A stretch of DNA of 64,000 bases, taken from positions 16,114,087 through 16,178,086 of the forward strand of contig CM119266.1 in NCBI GenBank assembly GCA_051294375.1, in the 5' to 3' direction. Position 1 is the stretch's first letter; each line of letters starts with the position of its first letter. Below, piece by piece: positions 27,928 through 41,144 of this stretch. This DNA is from Paraspadella gotoi (taxonomy: Eukaryota; Animalia; Chaetognatha). The position numbers and the translations under genes are program-made. Below the pieces are notes generated by a model, which did not search any database, was not told the origin of the DNA, and saw only the letters and a program-made list of their open reading frames with translations.

Positions 27928-28758
27928 NNNNNNNNNNNNNNNNNNNNNNNNNNNNNNNNNNNNNNNNNNNNNNNNNNNNNNNNNNNNNNNNNNNNNNNNN
28001 NNNNNNNNNNNNNNNNNNNNNNNNNNNNNNNNNNNNNNNNNNNNNNNNNNNNNNNNNNNNNNNNNNNNNNNNNNNNNNNNNNNNNNNNNNNNNNNNNNNN
28101 NNNNNNNNNNNNNNNNNNNNNNNNNNNNNNNNNNNNNNNNNNNNNNNNNNNNNNNNNNNNNNNNNNNNNNNNNNNNNNNNNNNNNNNNNNNNNNNNNNNN
28201 NNNNNNNNNNNNNNNNNNNNNNNNNNNNNNNNNNNNNNNNNNNNNNNNNNNNNNNNNNNNNNNNNNNNNNNNNNNNNNNNNNNNNNNNNNNNNNNNNNNN
28301 NNNNNNNNNNNNNNNNNNNNNNNNNNNNNNNNNNNNNNNNNNNNNNNNNNNNNNNNNNNNNNNNNNNNNNNNNNNNNNNNNNNNNNNNNNNNNNNNNNNN
28401 NNNNNNNNNNNNNNNNNNNNNNNNNNNNNNNNNNNNNNNNNNNNNNNNNNNNNNNNNNNNNNNNNNNNNNNNNNNNNNNNNNNNNNNNNNNNNNNNNNNN
28501 NNNNNNNNNNNNNNNNNNNNNNNNNNNNNNNNNNNNNNNNNNNNNNNNNNNNNNNNNNNNNNNNNNNNNNNNNNNNNNNNNNNNNNNNNNNNNNNNNNNN
28601 NNNNNNNNNNNNNNNNNNNNNNNNNNNNNNNNNNNNNNNNNNNNNNNNNNNNNNNNNNNNNNNNNNNNNNNNNNNNNNNNNNNNNNNNNNNNNNNNNNNN
28701 NNNNNNNNNNNNNNNNNNNNNNNNNNNNNNNNNNNNNNNNNNNNNNNNNNNNNNNNNN
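27928..28758. other. Assembly gap (largest N run)
   Basis: Run of N. Other gaps: 301-659, 1939-1966, 27771-27795, 29087-29306, 45966-45975, 60039-60063, 62487-62496. Confidence 0.99.
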
Positions 28759-29879
28759 AAAAAAAAAAAACCCAAGATTCAAGCGAATCTCGAATTCGGT
28801 TTCACAAATCAAAGGAACAGATAATTCCTAACCTCCTTTCATCCTCAAAGAATTCTTAATTAGACGATCTCTTTCACTCTTTCTCGTGTTTTTCTTTCCC
28901 TCTCTCTTTTTTTGGAGGCCCGAAAAAAAATGGGAGGGTGGAAATGAAAAAGGGATAGGGGGGTAAAGTGGTTAAGGGGGAAGAAGGCTAAGAAAATGGT
29001 GGAAGGAGAAAAGAAAAGGGGGAATGAGCGCGACACAATTGCGAGCTAAATTCAACTATTACTGGATCACTTGATAAGCGAAAAAANNNNNNNNNNNNNN
29101 NNNNNNNNNNNNNNNNNNNNNNNNNNNNNNNNNNNNNNNNNNNNNNNNNNNNNNNNNNNNNNNNNNNNNNNNNNNNNNNNNNNNNNNNNNNNNNNNNNNN
29201 NNNNNNNNNNNNNNNNNNNNNNNNNNNNNNNNNNNNNNNNNNNNNNNNNNNNNNNNNNNNNNNNNNNNNNNNNNNNNNNNNNNNNNNNNNNNNNNNNNNN
29301 NNNNNNAAAAAAAAGAATCCCCGAAATTCTGGCTGCGTTTCGGCGCCGGATTCTGCGGCGGATACGTGCGGCCGAAAAAAGCGGCCGGAAACTCGGGCGG
29401 ATTGGAGGCCGGGTTTTTTGTCGGATTATCTTTGGCGGTGCGGGCGATGGGGGCGCGCGAAAAAAAAATAATTCGAGGGGAGCGGCGAAGCGGGGAGTTT
29501 CGGTGGGTTTATGTCAGGGTTTAGTGTTTAGTATTTATGGTATGTAAAGTATTTCCAATTTTCCAATTTATAAAAAATATAATTAATTGTAATTCTCATG
29601 TTTCTATTAAAAGATGTATTTGATTTATAGAAGAGAGTCACTCTTAAGAGTTAAGGAAAAGCGACGCGGCCCACCGGCGGAAGCCCAACGAAAACGTTTC
29701 GAGACGCGGGAAGGAGAAGAGAGAAGAAGAAGCTTCGTTGGTGATTTGCATTCTAATTGGGAGCAATAAGGCGAGATAAAGTTTGTAAATGAAGAACAGG
29801 ATAGATTAAATAAAAGAAAATGATAAATTAGAAGAAAGTGAGAAAAGGAAAGAAAAAAGGAATGTGAGAGGCAATATAG

Positions 29880-29883
29880 AAAA

Positions 29884-29931
<48 letters not shown>

Positions 29932-29932
29932 A

Positions 29933-29988
<56 letters not shown>

Positions 29989-30028
29989 ATGAATGAATGA
30001 ATGAATGAATGAATGAATGAATGAATGA
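29880..30028. repeat. Compound (AAAG)n(AATG)n microsatellite
   Basis: Directly visible tetranucleotide arrays. Confidence 0.95.
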
Positions 30029-32508
30029 AATGGAAAGCAAAGAGACAGGTAGATTGAAACTGAATAGAGATATAAAAGAATAAAAAGTTTCTATCTCAGT
30101 TCTAGCTTTTTCCACCTTAAACCGACCGCCAATCCAAATGGAATTTTTGGTACTCTTCGAGACAGATGTCCCTGCTCTTTCAGACTCGCAGCAGCAGCTC
30201 CATAACTAAAGCTTTTCTCTTTTATTCCAGAATCATTTATCTCTACTTGCCCCTTCTCCCTCATGCAGTAATTCCTCGTATCAATTCTCACATTAATTAT
30301 AATTAGTAATTAATAATTACCCTATTCAATCACAAACATCCTTCGGCGATCTCCCTTCAAATAACACCCTCCGTAATTTACTCAGCACCCTCATCAGTCA
30401 TCACCACATCGTTGACCCATAAACTTTCTCCCGAGTATCCTTCTCTCACGTCGCCCGTCGCCAACGCGCTCTCCGCGAAAAGGAGTCGACGTCCGGAGCT
30501 TAAATTCGCCCCCTGACCTTTGCTTCAAGTTCCGCCATCCACTTCCTCCTCATCCTCCTCCTCCTCCTTTTTCATTTTTATGTCCATATTATCCATCTCC
30601 CCCAACAGCCTCCATGATCCTTTCCCTCTTCCTCTTCAATTGTCCTCCCACGAGTCGTGATCTCTTTTCAAATTAACCTCTCGCGCGACGAAAAAAATTA
30701 AGAGAGAAAAAAAATTGATATTTTTGCGATTCTATATCGTGACTATTTGAAAAACCACCGCTATAAAGAATTGACCATACAAAAACGACTAAAGATTTGA
30801 ACATTTTGAAAAGACATACATAAAGATAAGAAATACAATATTTATGTTTAAATTTCTTGATTTTGTTCGTAATGAGCGAAAGAAAATCAGGAGCAAATTC
30901 GAGGTTTTCAATCAGAAATAAAGGGAAAATCATCCCCTGGGGATTCATCGCCCTTAGCTCACTTAAATAATTCTCACTGATTTGGGTTAAATGCTTGTAT
31001 AAAAAGAAAGCCGTGCGCGAAATAGTTCAGGCAATATGATATATCGGCGCCCAGAAGATACTTTTTTATGCCTACAGAATCGGAAATATATCAATAATAT
31101 TCATATAGATTTTTATGGGTCTTCAGCGATAATCAATATATTATATTCACAAAAATAATTTATTATTAGTCTAGAAGAAGAAAAACAATTTTCATTCATA
31201 ATAATAGTAAGTAAACGAGTTCGATCACGTGAATGAATATTCACTTCTGCAAGCATATAACTTTTAATTTTTCCTTCCGTTGAAAATATCAGAGTCAAAA
31301 AAGCATCTCTGATCATTAATCTTTAAGAAAAGCACCTGGCTTTATTTGTGATAAACCGGATCCGACGTGCAAGGAATCTGGGTTGCTCGCCAGTTAGTAT
31401 ACGATTAATAAATTAAATTTCACATTCAAATTCCTATATAATATCCGAAGCTACTTCGTATTGAATTGGTAAACAGGTACCAAACATCAATCGCAATTAA
31501 AACCAAGCATTCGTTGTTCGCAAAGCTCGTACAATGTGAGACACATATAAATGTGGTGAGAGAGAGTCGTGTCTTACTCTCATAACACCGTTTTTGTGAT
31601 AAATTTTTCAGAATTGTTTCTTTTAGTTTAAACATAAATTAAATTATAATTACAAGCGCTTTTAATTAAATAATCTTACAAATAGTCGAGAATAGGTTTA
31701 CTTTCTTCTGAAACCTTTCCATTCAAAAATTCAAGGTCATTGTAGTGGATAAGAAAAGGAAAGAATAAGAGGGAGGATGAAGCAGCATGAGTGGAGTGAA
31801 AATCAGAGAAGAGAGAGATAGAGAGAGAAGAGAAGAGAGAGAGGAGAGAGGGACCAAAGAAGAGAGACGGTCGCGTGTTGATGTCTGCCACAAGGACGTT
31901 AGCAATCTTTGCAGGTATAGGTTGGCGCGGTCAAAACCAGAGTCATCAGAATATTCGGGAATCTAACAATTTATGGTTAAAAAAGACAGATAAATTGCAA
32001 AAAAGAAGTAAAATCAGTTAAAATTCTCTGTCCAAGAAAATTCTTTAAAAGAAGGACTGTTTCTCATTAGTCGTGCGGCATACGTGAAGACATATCCATG
32101 AATTTCATTTACGAGTTGCAAAGGTCTTTCATCTCTTGAATTCTCCGTATGCAACAAAAATTTTGTTCAGGAATTATAAAACAAGAAAAAGATTACACTT
32201 AATTTTCGCGAATTCCAACTCGTACGATAAACCTATTGTAAAACGACGATGTCTTCCACTTATCAGAGGGGTTTACCCGTTTTGAATGCGTATGATATAT
32301 TTCACTCTTGATTGCGATTCCGGTTCCTTTCGAACTGCAGTTTTTTGCGGTACGAGGAAGGTTTATTTCCCAATGCGATATGAGATCTCTATATAAGCCA
32401 GTGAATGGACAATTAAAAAAAATATTGTTGTGAAGGTGCAATTATATCTTCGTATATCTAGACATTGATCTCGTTTTGCATTAGCTTTTCCTTTCTATCT
32501 CTCTCCTC

Positions 32509-32547
<39 letters not shown>

Positions 32548-34728
32548 CTCTTCGTCCTCTCTCCAACTTTCTCTCAACTCTCTCTCTCCGCCCACGACGA
32601 GTGACCTTTGCCTCACGTAGTTCGCCGGGACGCTAATTAAAGTTTCCGCTGCATAACTTTTACTTCCACCCCCTCGTCCGCCTCCCCTTCAGTGACCACC
32701 GCCCGCCCCATGCCGTCCGCCGCCGAGCTTCCCCCGCGTCAGAAAACGTCATCCTTCTTCGCATAAAAATAACGCCGCCCCGGTGAGTCTCCCTTTACTC
32801 CTTTGGTCTTAACTCCCACCTTACTGACCTCCGCCGATCTTCCGAGTTAGACACTTCGACATCATAAAGTATACAATCCGGTTAGTATTTAAAACCATAG
32901 TTTATTATTTTTTTGAAAAATTCTATGGTTTCACAAACAGATATTGTATAATTAGAAATGTCGAAGTAAACGTCATCCATTAATCAAGTGCAAATTAAAG
33001 AACATCATTGCCGGTTTTCCTGAAATTAAAAAAGATTAATTGAATATCTTTGGTTCTCTTTGCCTTATTTTTTACTTTTTTTTTTAAATTCTATCTTTTG
33101 AAAAATGAAACTACATTTTTTAGATTTTTATTCTCTTAATGACTGTCATCGGACTTTCCAACAGTCTTAAAGCAAGAGATTATTTTAAATAAAATCAGTT
33201 CGCTTATTCCTTGAAGGTTTTCCATGTTGCACCGATGAATGAATTATTATTCTATTTCAAGTTTCTAAACTCTGAAGAAAACAGATAAATGAATTTTGGT
33301 TTGTATTTTTCTTTGGCTGACAAAAAAAAATTAAATTCAGCTGGTTTTAATTTTTCGTTTATTTAGGAATAAATTCCATTCTAAATTCGAAAAATGTAAT
33401 AAAAAGCCTGTTTGTAATTTCCACTTCATATTTGATAAGCACCATAAATGATTCTTGATTGGAACGCTTTTATCATAATATCGCTCTATTATATTTCCAA
33501 AGATGTTTTTAAGATTTATAAGCACATTTTTTTACTAATATTATTGCATTCTTATAGGATGCAACTATTTTTCTTTGTGTGTAATTGAAATTTTTTTACC
33601 TTTTAACTAAAGCTTGCGTTCACTACTGGAAGCCAATATGATAATGAGATTAATCTCTTTACTTTTCTTTTCAAAATTTGCCCTCAAACTGTTTTACCTG
33701 AAATTTTAAATAAAATATATAAAAAAAATATTTTAAAAGTGCTCACCGAATCAAATTACTACTTTTATTTGTTTACCGGTTAAAAAAAACGGAATGATAT
33801 CATTCACGAAAAAAACTACAAGAAACATGATACAAAATATAATCATTTAAATTGAATATTGATTTCATTGTGATAACGATGTGTTTCTTTATTTAGCAGA
33901 TGTAAAACATTTGGGGTTTACGTAATTTTAGGCTGAATGACCCTTTGGCCTTCTTCCTAATTAGGGACGTTGTACAAACACATCTGATAAAGAATCCTCT
34001 TAAACCGAAATAAGAAAAAGTGAACACTGAACAGGCACGAACGAAGAATGCTCACTCGAACACTAATAGTAAACATTGATGTTTCCAATTGATTAAGGGT
34101 TTTTAAGCTATCAATGCGGAGAACCACTCTCCCTTCAACTCGCTAAAAATTATAAAAATCGATTAACCCGCATTGCTGCGGCTGCCGCCTTCTATTCATA
34201 TTAAACCGAAATTTTAAAAGTGAAGCCAAGATCCCCGGTATTTATTGGGGGTTTTTTTTTATATTTTACTAGGATCCTAACAAATATACACGCAACTCTA
34301 CGAGATGGAATGCATAGAAGTCCAACCGGAATGATTCTTTTATTATTGGATTGCGATCGAAGATATAATTTAATTTTTTATTAGGTTTTTTTGTTGTTTT
34401 TTTTATTTTTTTTACATTGACCGCCGGTCGCAGACTGACTGATCGATCGTCAAGAAAAGCGACTTTCCCAACTATTTTTCTTTTTTTAAATGAAAACCAC
34501 TTTAACCTCCTTTAATTTTGGGGGGCGAAAATTACGCTGCATTTGTGTCTTTTTTTTTATTCGGAAAAGACGAATTTCGTTTTTAAAAAAATAAAAATAA
34601 AAATACTACCAATTTAAACCGGTTTTTCAACAGGTTTCTTTACCCTGACCGTCAATGGTTCATTGCGAATTACTCAATTCCAGAACACCCCCTTTTTCTC
34701 ACTATCGCAAGTTTTTTTAGTCTCTACA

Positions 34729-37700
34729 ATGAAAAATCGAACAATGAATGAAACTGATGAAGCTGTATCGGAACCTCGTCTTCTATGTACCATCGGACAG
34801 AGCAATCATACTCAAAAAGAGGGAAAAAAATTCAGGTGATGCTTTATTCTAATTTTTCATTTCAATATGTATTCTACTTTTTTCAAACAATCTATAAGTA
34901 TAACGCTTGTCGTCTGAGAAATGTGTGACAGTTGCCGTTATTTTGTAAAGATTGCGGGATAAATAAATTTTTTAAAATGAAACTCAAAAAAGTAACGACG
35001 ACGACGACGACGACGACGACGTTAATCACGTGAACCATTAATTACGCTATTCAACCTCGCAAGGTAAGTCGCTACAACAGTCAACGAAGCGCACGTTTCG
35101 TCTTCCACTGAAATAAAGTTTTATTCCAGTCAAGAGTTTTTTCTCTCAAAGAACAAAAAATAAAAAACCTTTACCGAATATCTAGGTAGAAGTAAAGTCT
35201 CAGTATTCGAGTGGAAGTGTCCCAGTCAAGATTGTTTGAGCGAATGATAGAGATTTTGCTAGAGCCGAGATTCTGAGGTTAGGGAGGATTTCTGTAGTAT
35301 ATCCTAACATGTAACGTACAAACAGTACAAACAGTACAAACAGTACAAACGTACAAACAGTCTCTCCACTCCGGCCCCCCCTTTTTTACAAAGGACAGTG
35401 TCTTTACTTTTACAGTAATATCGCGATTACTTTATACACCCAATTCTTATTTTAATTCTGTCTCCAGCGAACCTCCGCCCAAAGATGGGGCTCGAGCGTG
35501 GGTGTCGTGCGCCGCCTTTTTTTTGACCGTGTTCCTCAATTTTGGAAACGCCCGGCTTCTCGGGATGTTCGCCGAGGAATGGGCGCGAGACTTCAACATT
35601 CCTCGAAGTCAGTCGTCGTGGATGACGGCAACAGGTCCTTTAGCCTAGCTTCGCCTTAGCCCTTAGCCTTTAGCCTTAGCCTTAGCCTTAGCCTTAAGCC
35701 TTAGGATTATTGAAACGACATAAAAGAATCCTACTGCAAAAGCCGGGGACAAAAGGTCCGGGCTTCTAGACCGGTGGCCGCCAAGGAGTTTATTGAGCCG
35801 GTAGAAAAAGGTTACATCCAGATACGAATTATTCTGTCTCTTCCTAAAACTAAAACGGGAGAAAGCGTAAAGGATCATATTTGCTTTTCTAAGTTTTTTT
35901 TTCTGTTACCTTTAATAGTTTACATCGCCTTAGTTTTTTTTTTTTTTTTGCAACCATTCCCGTAATTATTAGTTTGCTTTATTTTCTATATAAAAAAAAT
36001 GAATTTAAACCAATTACGTATTATTTCGTTCCAATTTCAGCTTTCCTCATGATCGGTTTGGGTTCTCCTACCGCGTTTTTGCTGTACGGATTCTTCTCTC
36101 CAGCAAAGATCGTCTTTTTCGCGGGGATCATTGCGTCCATCGGTTTTGTATCCATTGCTTTCGAAGAAGTCGTGCAATCATTTCCGACTTTGGTCATCAT
36201 GGTGGGTGTCAATTGGATTAAATATTTAAAGATTTAATTCAATCTTATATTTAATTTATCAAGAAGGTTTACCACTTATATATATTTTTTTTTTTGCCCT
36301 TTAATTATTATTATTGCGTAATGCGTTATATCATTATTGTACAACGTACATAGTAAATCCTAGTCTGTTATTTTTTCAGAAATTTCAAAAATTTACAGAA
36401 TGTGTTATCCTTCGCCGGAGCCGGCACGATTCATACGACGGCATACATATGCGTTGCCCAGTGGACTCACAAGTACCGACCTTTGGCGATCGGTTTGGGC
36501 AACATGGGATCACCAGTGGCTGGCATGATTCTCCCGCGCCTTTTCGAATTCCTCCGCGATGAATTTGGTTGGAGAGGGTAAGGGTTAGGGTTACCCTTAT
36601 ACCGATAGCGAAATTGCCATAAGGACAGAGTCCAAGATGAACTTGGTGATCAATCTTTTTTGTTATATTTATTTCTGATGAAGGGTGTTCCTAATCGCCG
36701 GTGGGCTTTTTCTCAACAATTGCGTGGCCGCCATGGTGCTGCGGCGTTATTCGACGCCGCCGCCCAGTGAGAAAACTGAATCCGATTCCACGCCGAAGAA
36801 ATCCAGATTCGACCTGAGCATCTTTCGCCTTTGCATGTTCTGGTTCCTCCCCTTCTATTGTCTCTTTCACATGGGCTGCATGAACGGATTCTTGGCCTAC
36901 CATCCATCGATGGCGAACATTTTAGGCCTCAGTGAGACTGATAAATCAAACGTTCTCATATTTTTAGGTAAGACCGCGCTTAATACTGTTAGAGTGAGAG
37001 AAAGACGTTGGTGGGTGGGTTTAAATTTATGATTTTAGAAGCGTTATTAATTTAAATTAGTCTCATTAAAATACCTAATCTTTACTAATCAATTACTCAA
37101 TGCAGGCATTAATGATGTACATTTTAAAACAAAAGGCAATATACTGCGCGCGATGAAAACTTTTTCTTTTGTTTTTTTTTTATTAAAGTTTTTCGTTTAC
37201 GGTCAAGTTTTCCCCTATTTTCGCCTTTCTTGTCAGGCTCATCGGATTTGATCGCTCGCCTGATATTATCCATCGTCATTACTTTGCCGCGCGTTCGCCG
37301 CCACCTCGCGCTCCTCCTCCTCCTCAACGAGCTGGTGATGGCGCTGGGGTCGTTGTGGGTCGGTTTCGCCAAAGACTTTGCCAATCTCGTCGGAGCAAGG
37401 TGGGTAACTGGGGAAGGTAGAGTTCTAAGGGGTGGTTGTGAAGAAAAGTGCCCAGCGTGGCTGAAATCGTTATGTATTCCAAATGTTTTGTTAGGACAAA
37501 GACTTTTGTTTAATAAATTAATCTGAATCAGTTTTTTTTTTAAATATTGGAATAAATATTTAACAGTTGTTATTTTTTTAAATAATTTTTTTTTATTCGG
37601 TTCAATGGTAATTGGTGATCATTCGTAAGATCAATTCCAAATTAGCGTCTCTGCTTGAATAATTCGTTTAACTTTAAGTAACTTGTTTGGTTATTTCACT

Positions 37701-38105
37701 TCGACAAAGGAAAAAACTTTTAAAAAAAATATTTTCCCTTTACACAGCATCGTATTCGGAATATCCTACGGCGGTTGGTTCGTCCACTACTTCTCGTATT
37801 TGGCCGAGCTGGCGACGCCGAGTCAACTTCCAACCACGGTGGCGATTTGCTACATCGGCGGCGGAATATCGTCGCTGCTGCTGCCACCTTTCGCCGGTTT
37901 CATCGCCGACAGCGTCAATCAATACGTCGTAGTTTTCTATTTATTCGCTGGTCTGCTTGTCGTGGCATCAACGCTTTTGGGCTTTGTATTTATACTGCAA
38001 CTCCAACGAGACACGTATAGATTTAAAATTCAAGACGTGACGCTTAAAAACGTAAATAGCTTGTCAACTAAGTCCGATGATTTGAAGAGTTCGCCGAAGG
38101 GTTAA
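34729..38105 (+). CDS. Spliced gene: monocarboxylate transporter-like (SLC16 family, MFS), 472 aa
   Basis: Exons 34729-34835, 35468-35634, 36041-36201, 36399-36577, 36684-36967, 37237-37399, 37748-38105. GT-AG introns with phases 2,1,0,2,1,2; 1419 nt. SLC16 motifs: PPKDGARAW (cf. PPDGGWGW), KYRPLAIGLG..GS, EFGWRG, RFDLSIF, SDLIARL (TM8 D/R pair), FGISYG, PPFAGFIAD. The first exon is the least certain. Confidence 0.88.
35313..35360. repeat. 9-bp minisatellite (GTACAAACA)n in transporter intron 1
   Basis: About 5 tandem copies visible. Confidence 0.85.
35637..35703. repeat. (GCCTTA)n hexamer array at the start of transporter intron 2
   Basis: About 10 imperfect copies directly after the donor at 35635. 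Confidence 0.85.
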
Positions 38106-38639
38106 ATCATTGTCGTTGTTGTTGTTGTCGTCCTCGCTTTCCTAGGAAACAGATTACTTTCGTGGATTTTTAACATTTAATACTAATTTACCTTTTGTGG
38201 TTTTACGTTTAAAAAAATGAATTTTTCTAAATATAACATTTACTCATCATTTCTGTGTTTTTTAATGGTTGTCAATAGGATATGGCTTCCGCAAGGAAAG
38301 GAAAAAGATCGATAGACGATGAAAGCCAAACAAGCGAAACAAGCTATTTGATCAATCCATTTCCTGCGATGTGATGAAATTTCAAAAAAAAATTATTTAT
38401 AAAACATGATTTTGTAGCAGTTTCTAAGCTCGTCTAAATTTTACTTTATCGTTGGTATGAACCTGTAAATTACAAACACTAATAATTTTTTTCTTCTTAT
38501 TTTTTTTTACAAAAAGAATATAACCTGACGTAACCATAAAAATTATTTTTAAAAATTATGGACATAGTTTCGATTCTTTCTTTTCGTTGCGTTAGGAGCA
38601 TTAAATAAAAAAAAACTTTTTGTTTTGTTTTCACTTTTC

Positions 38640-38678
38640 AGACAACGAATTTATTCATTAAAAATAAATTCGTTGTCT
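38640..38678. repeat. Perfect 16-bp inverted repeat with a 7-nt loop
   Basis: AGACAACGAATTTATT (38640-38655) pairs with AATAAATTCGTTGTCT (38663-38678). It shares GACAACGAATTT with the arm of the 3045-3231 element. Confidence 0.8.
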
Positions 38679-39378
38679 AAAAAAAAAATAAAAAAATAAA
38701 ATACATCAAAGAAGAATATTCCGTCAAAAGCTTACGAGACAGCCACTTGTTATTTGATACTAGTTAACTGTCATGAATCGGATCGTTTTAAAAATTGAAA
38801 CGTCACTACCAACTATTTATACATGCAACGAGATTTTTTCGACGCTCGAATCACAACTTTTTAATCATCTCCCACCCTTGGGTCGGCACTCCTTCCCCCC
38901 TTCCGTCCCCCACCTTCTTTCCTCACCGCCTCTCACTGCCGCTAACCACCCCTCGCCACCCCTCACTACCCTCTACCACCAGCACCTGCAATTCGACTCT
39001 AAACCATCTCAGTCAAATCACGAATCAACTATGAAAAATTTCGATCTTGATCCACTATTATATTTATCAAAGGAACTTATATCAGAATTTGATGTACAAA
39101 ATGTTTGCAATCAACGATGTGGATTTCCGTTAGAGAAAGTTAGAAAACAAAACAGCAAACGCCAAATTTTCTACATTTTTTTTTTCATTCGCCACTGCAA
39201 TAACGACAATTAAGCTCCGGTCCGAAAAACATCATTCAGCTTTGGATCTGAACACGAATTTACTTCACCACCCCCCTTCGAAAAAAAAAAAACTTCGAAA
39301 ATTTTAATCAGAAAGAGAGAAAGAGGAAGAAGAAGTTTTTAAATTTATTTTCTTTTTTTTTTTAATTCCTCGGACGTC

Positions 39379-39422
<44 letters not shown>

Positions 39423-40145
39423 GTTTGCCCGGATCGTTCCGGATCCACATTCTCCAAATCATTTTGACTCGATCGGGCTTCGTGTATCACGTAAAAAAAA
39501 ATAGAAAGAAGTTCTCGAAGCCTTTGAGCAAAAGTCGAAAGCTCGAATCCCTCTTTCCCTCCATCGCCATCTTCATCGTCAGCATCATCGTCATCTTCAT
39601 CGTCGTCTTCATCACTTCGACCCGCATGCAAAGGTTGTTGAAAACGGGAAATACATTTTTCTTGAATGGAAGACACTCTCTCTCCCTCTCTCTCCCTCTC
39701 TTCTCTCCCTCTCTCCCTCTCTCTCTCTCTCCTCTCTCTCTCTCTCCTCCTCTCTCTCTCTCTCTCTCTCTCTCCTCTTCGACTTCGCGCTCAAAAGTTG
39801 TCAATCGCGACAAAACGCGCCTCGCGACAATCGCCGCACAAATTTAAAAAAAAAAGTGATCAGATTCGAAGGTGGAAAAAAAAATTACCCGCCAGAATGA
39901 GAAGAAAAACCTCTTTTTTTTGGCTGAACCTTTCTCCCGCTAACGTGTAACGCGGCTGACAAGGATCGGCCGTGTAGGTCGTAATTTTGTCTTCTACGAC
40001 GTAACGGTGGGAAACGCTCTCGTCGTCGTTACCGATATTGACCTCGAAGGCCGATATTGAATCGGACGGGAAAATCCGCTTCATCGGCAGAGGATGGCGG
40101 CGGCGGCGGTGAGGGGAACGGTTGGTAGAGATTCAACAGAGAGAA

Positions 40146-40232
<87 letters not shown>

Positions 40233-40450
40233 CGCAAATAACAGAGGCGGCGGTCGTCGTTTTTAATTCCTTTTTGTTTCTTTTCTTTTCATTTAATGTT
40301 AAGCTGAACAGTGAACAACAAAAATACTCAAAAATGATGTTTTTTACTTCGTTTAAATCGTTTTTTTTTTTTTTTTTCCTTTTCCTCAAAAAGGTAAAGA
40401 AACTCTTGACGGAGATATCGAATTATCGATCTCCAGCACCTTCACCATCT

Positions 40451-40533
<83 letters not shown>

Positions 40534-40950
40534 GCGCGCCCGCGCACTCTCACACCTTGCCTCCACGCGAACAGCGGATCCCGGGCCGAGAAAGAATGCA
40601 CGTTCGACTCGATTTTCCTGATATATTTCGATTCAGTTTTCTCCTCTATATTTTTTTTCCTTCTTTTTTTCCCCCCTTTTCCCTTTTTTTCCCTATTTTC
40701 TCTCTATTCCTTATCAATATTGTTTGTTATTCTTGAGTTTAATTTGTGTGTGCGTAGACCAAAAGTTCGAGCCTGACTGCAACCAAAAAAAAAAGAAAAA
40801 AAGCGTTATCAATTCTTGTTCCTCAGACGAATTTTATCATCGAATATTGTTTCTCTTCTCGTGCAGCAAGAATGCCAAGAAAAGAGTTAACAGTTAACTC
40901 AACACGGGAGACGCTTTGATTATTATTTATTTTGGAATATCTAATAATCT

Positions 40951-40989
<39 letters not shown>

Positions 40990-41144
40990 TCTCTCTCTCA
41001 TCTCTCTCTCTCTCTCTCTCTCTCTCACATTCAGCGCCAGCCGGTGTCGACGGCTGGTCGACGCGTCTGGCGCCTCTCGCGGCGCCATTCTATGGAACCA
41101 TATTATCCATAAAACTTTAAAACCGCGAACAAACTAAAAAAACT

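Noticed and set aside
35637-35703. Interstitial telomere
   Set aside because: The unit GCCTTA/TAAGGC does not match TTAGG, TTAGGG or TTAGGC.
39377-39847. Acidic or hydrophobic ORFs upstream of Cav1
   Set aside because: They derive from a (CAT/CGT)n-like low-complexity tract flanked by GA repeats, with no supported splice partners.
40092-40112. ATGGCGGCGGCGGCG|GTGAGG as an upstream Cav1 coding exon
   Set aside because: Splicing to the acceptor at 41034 meets a stop before the Cav1 frame. At most it is a UTR exon or uORF.
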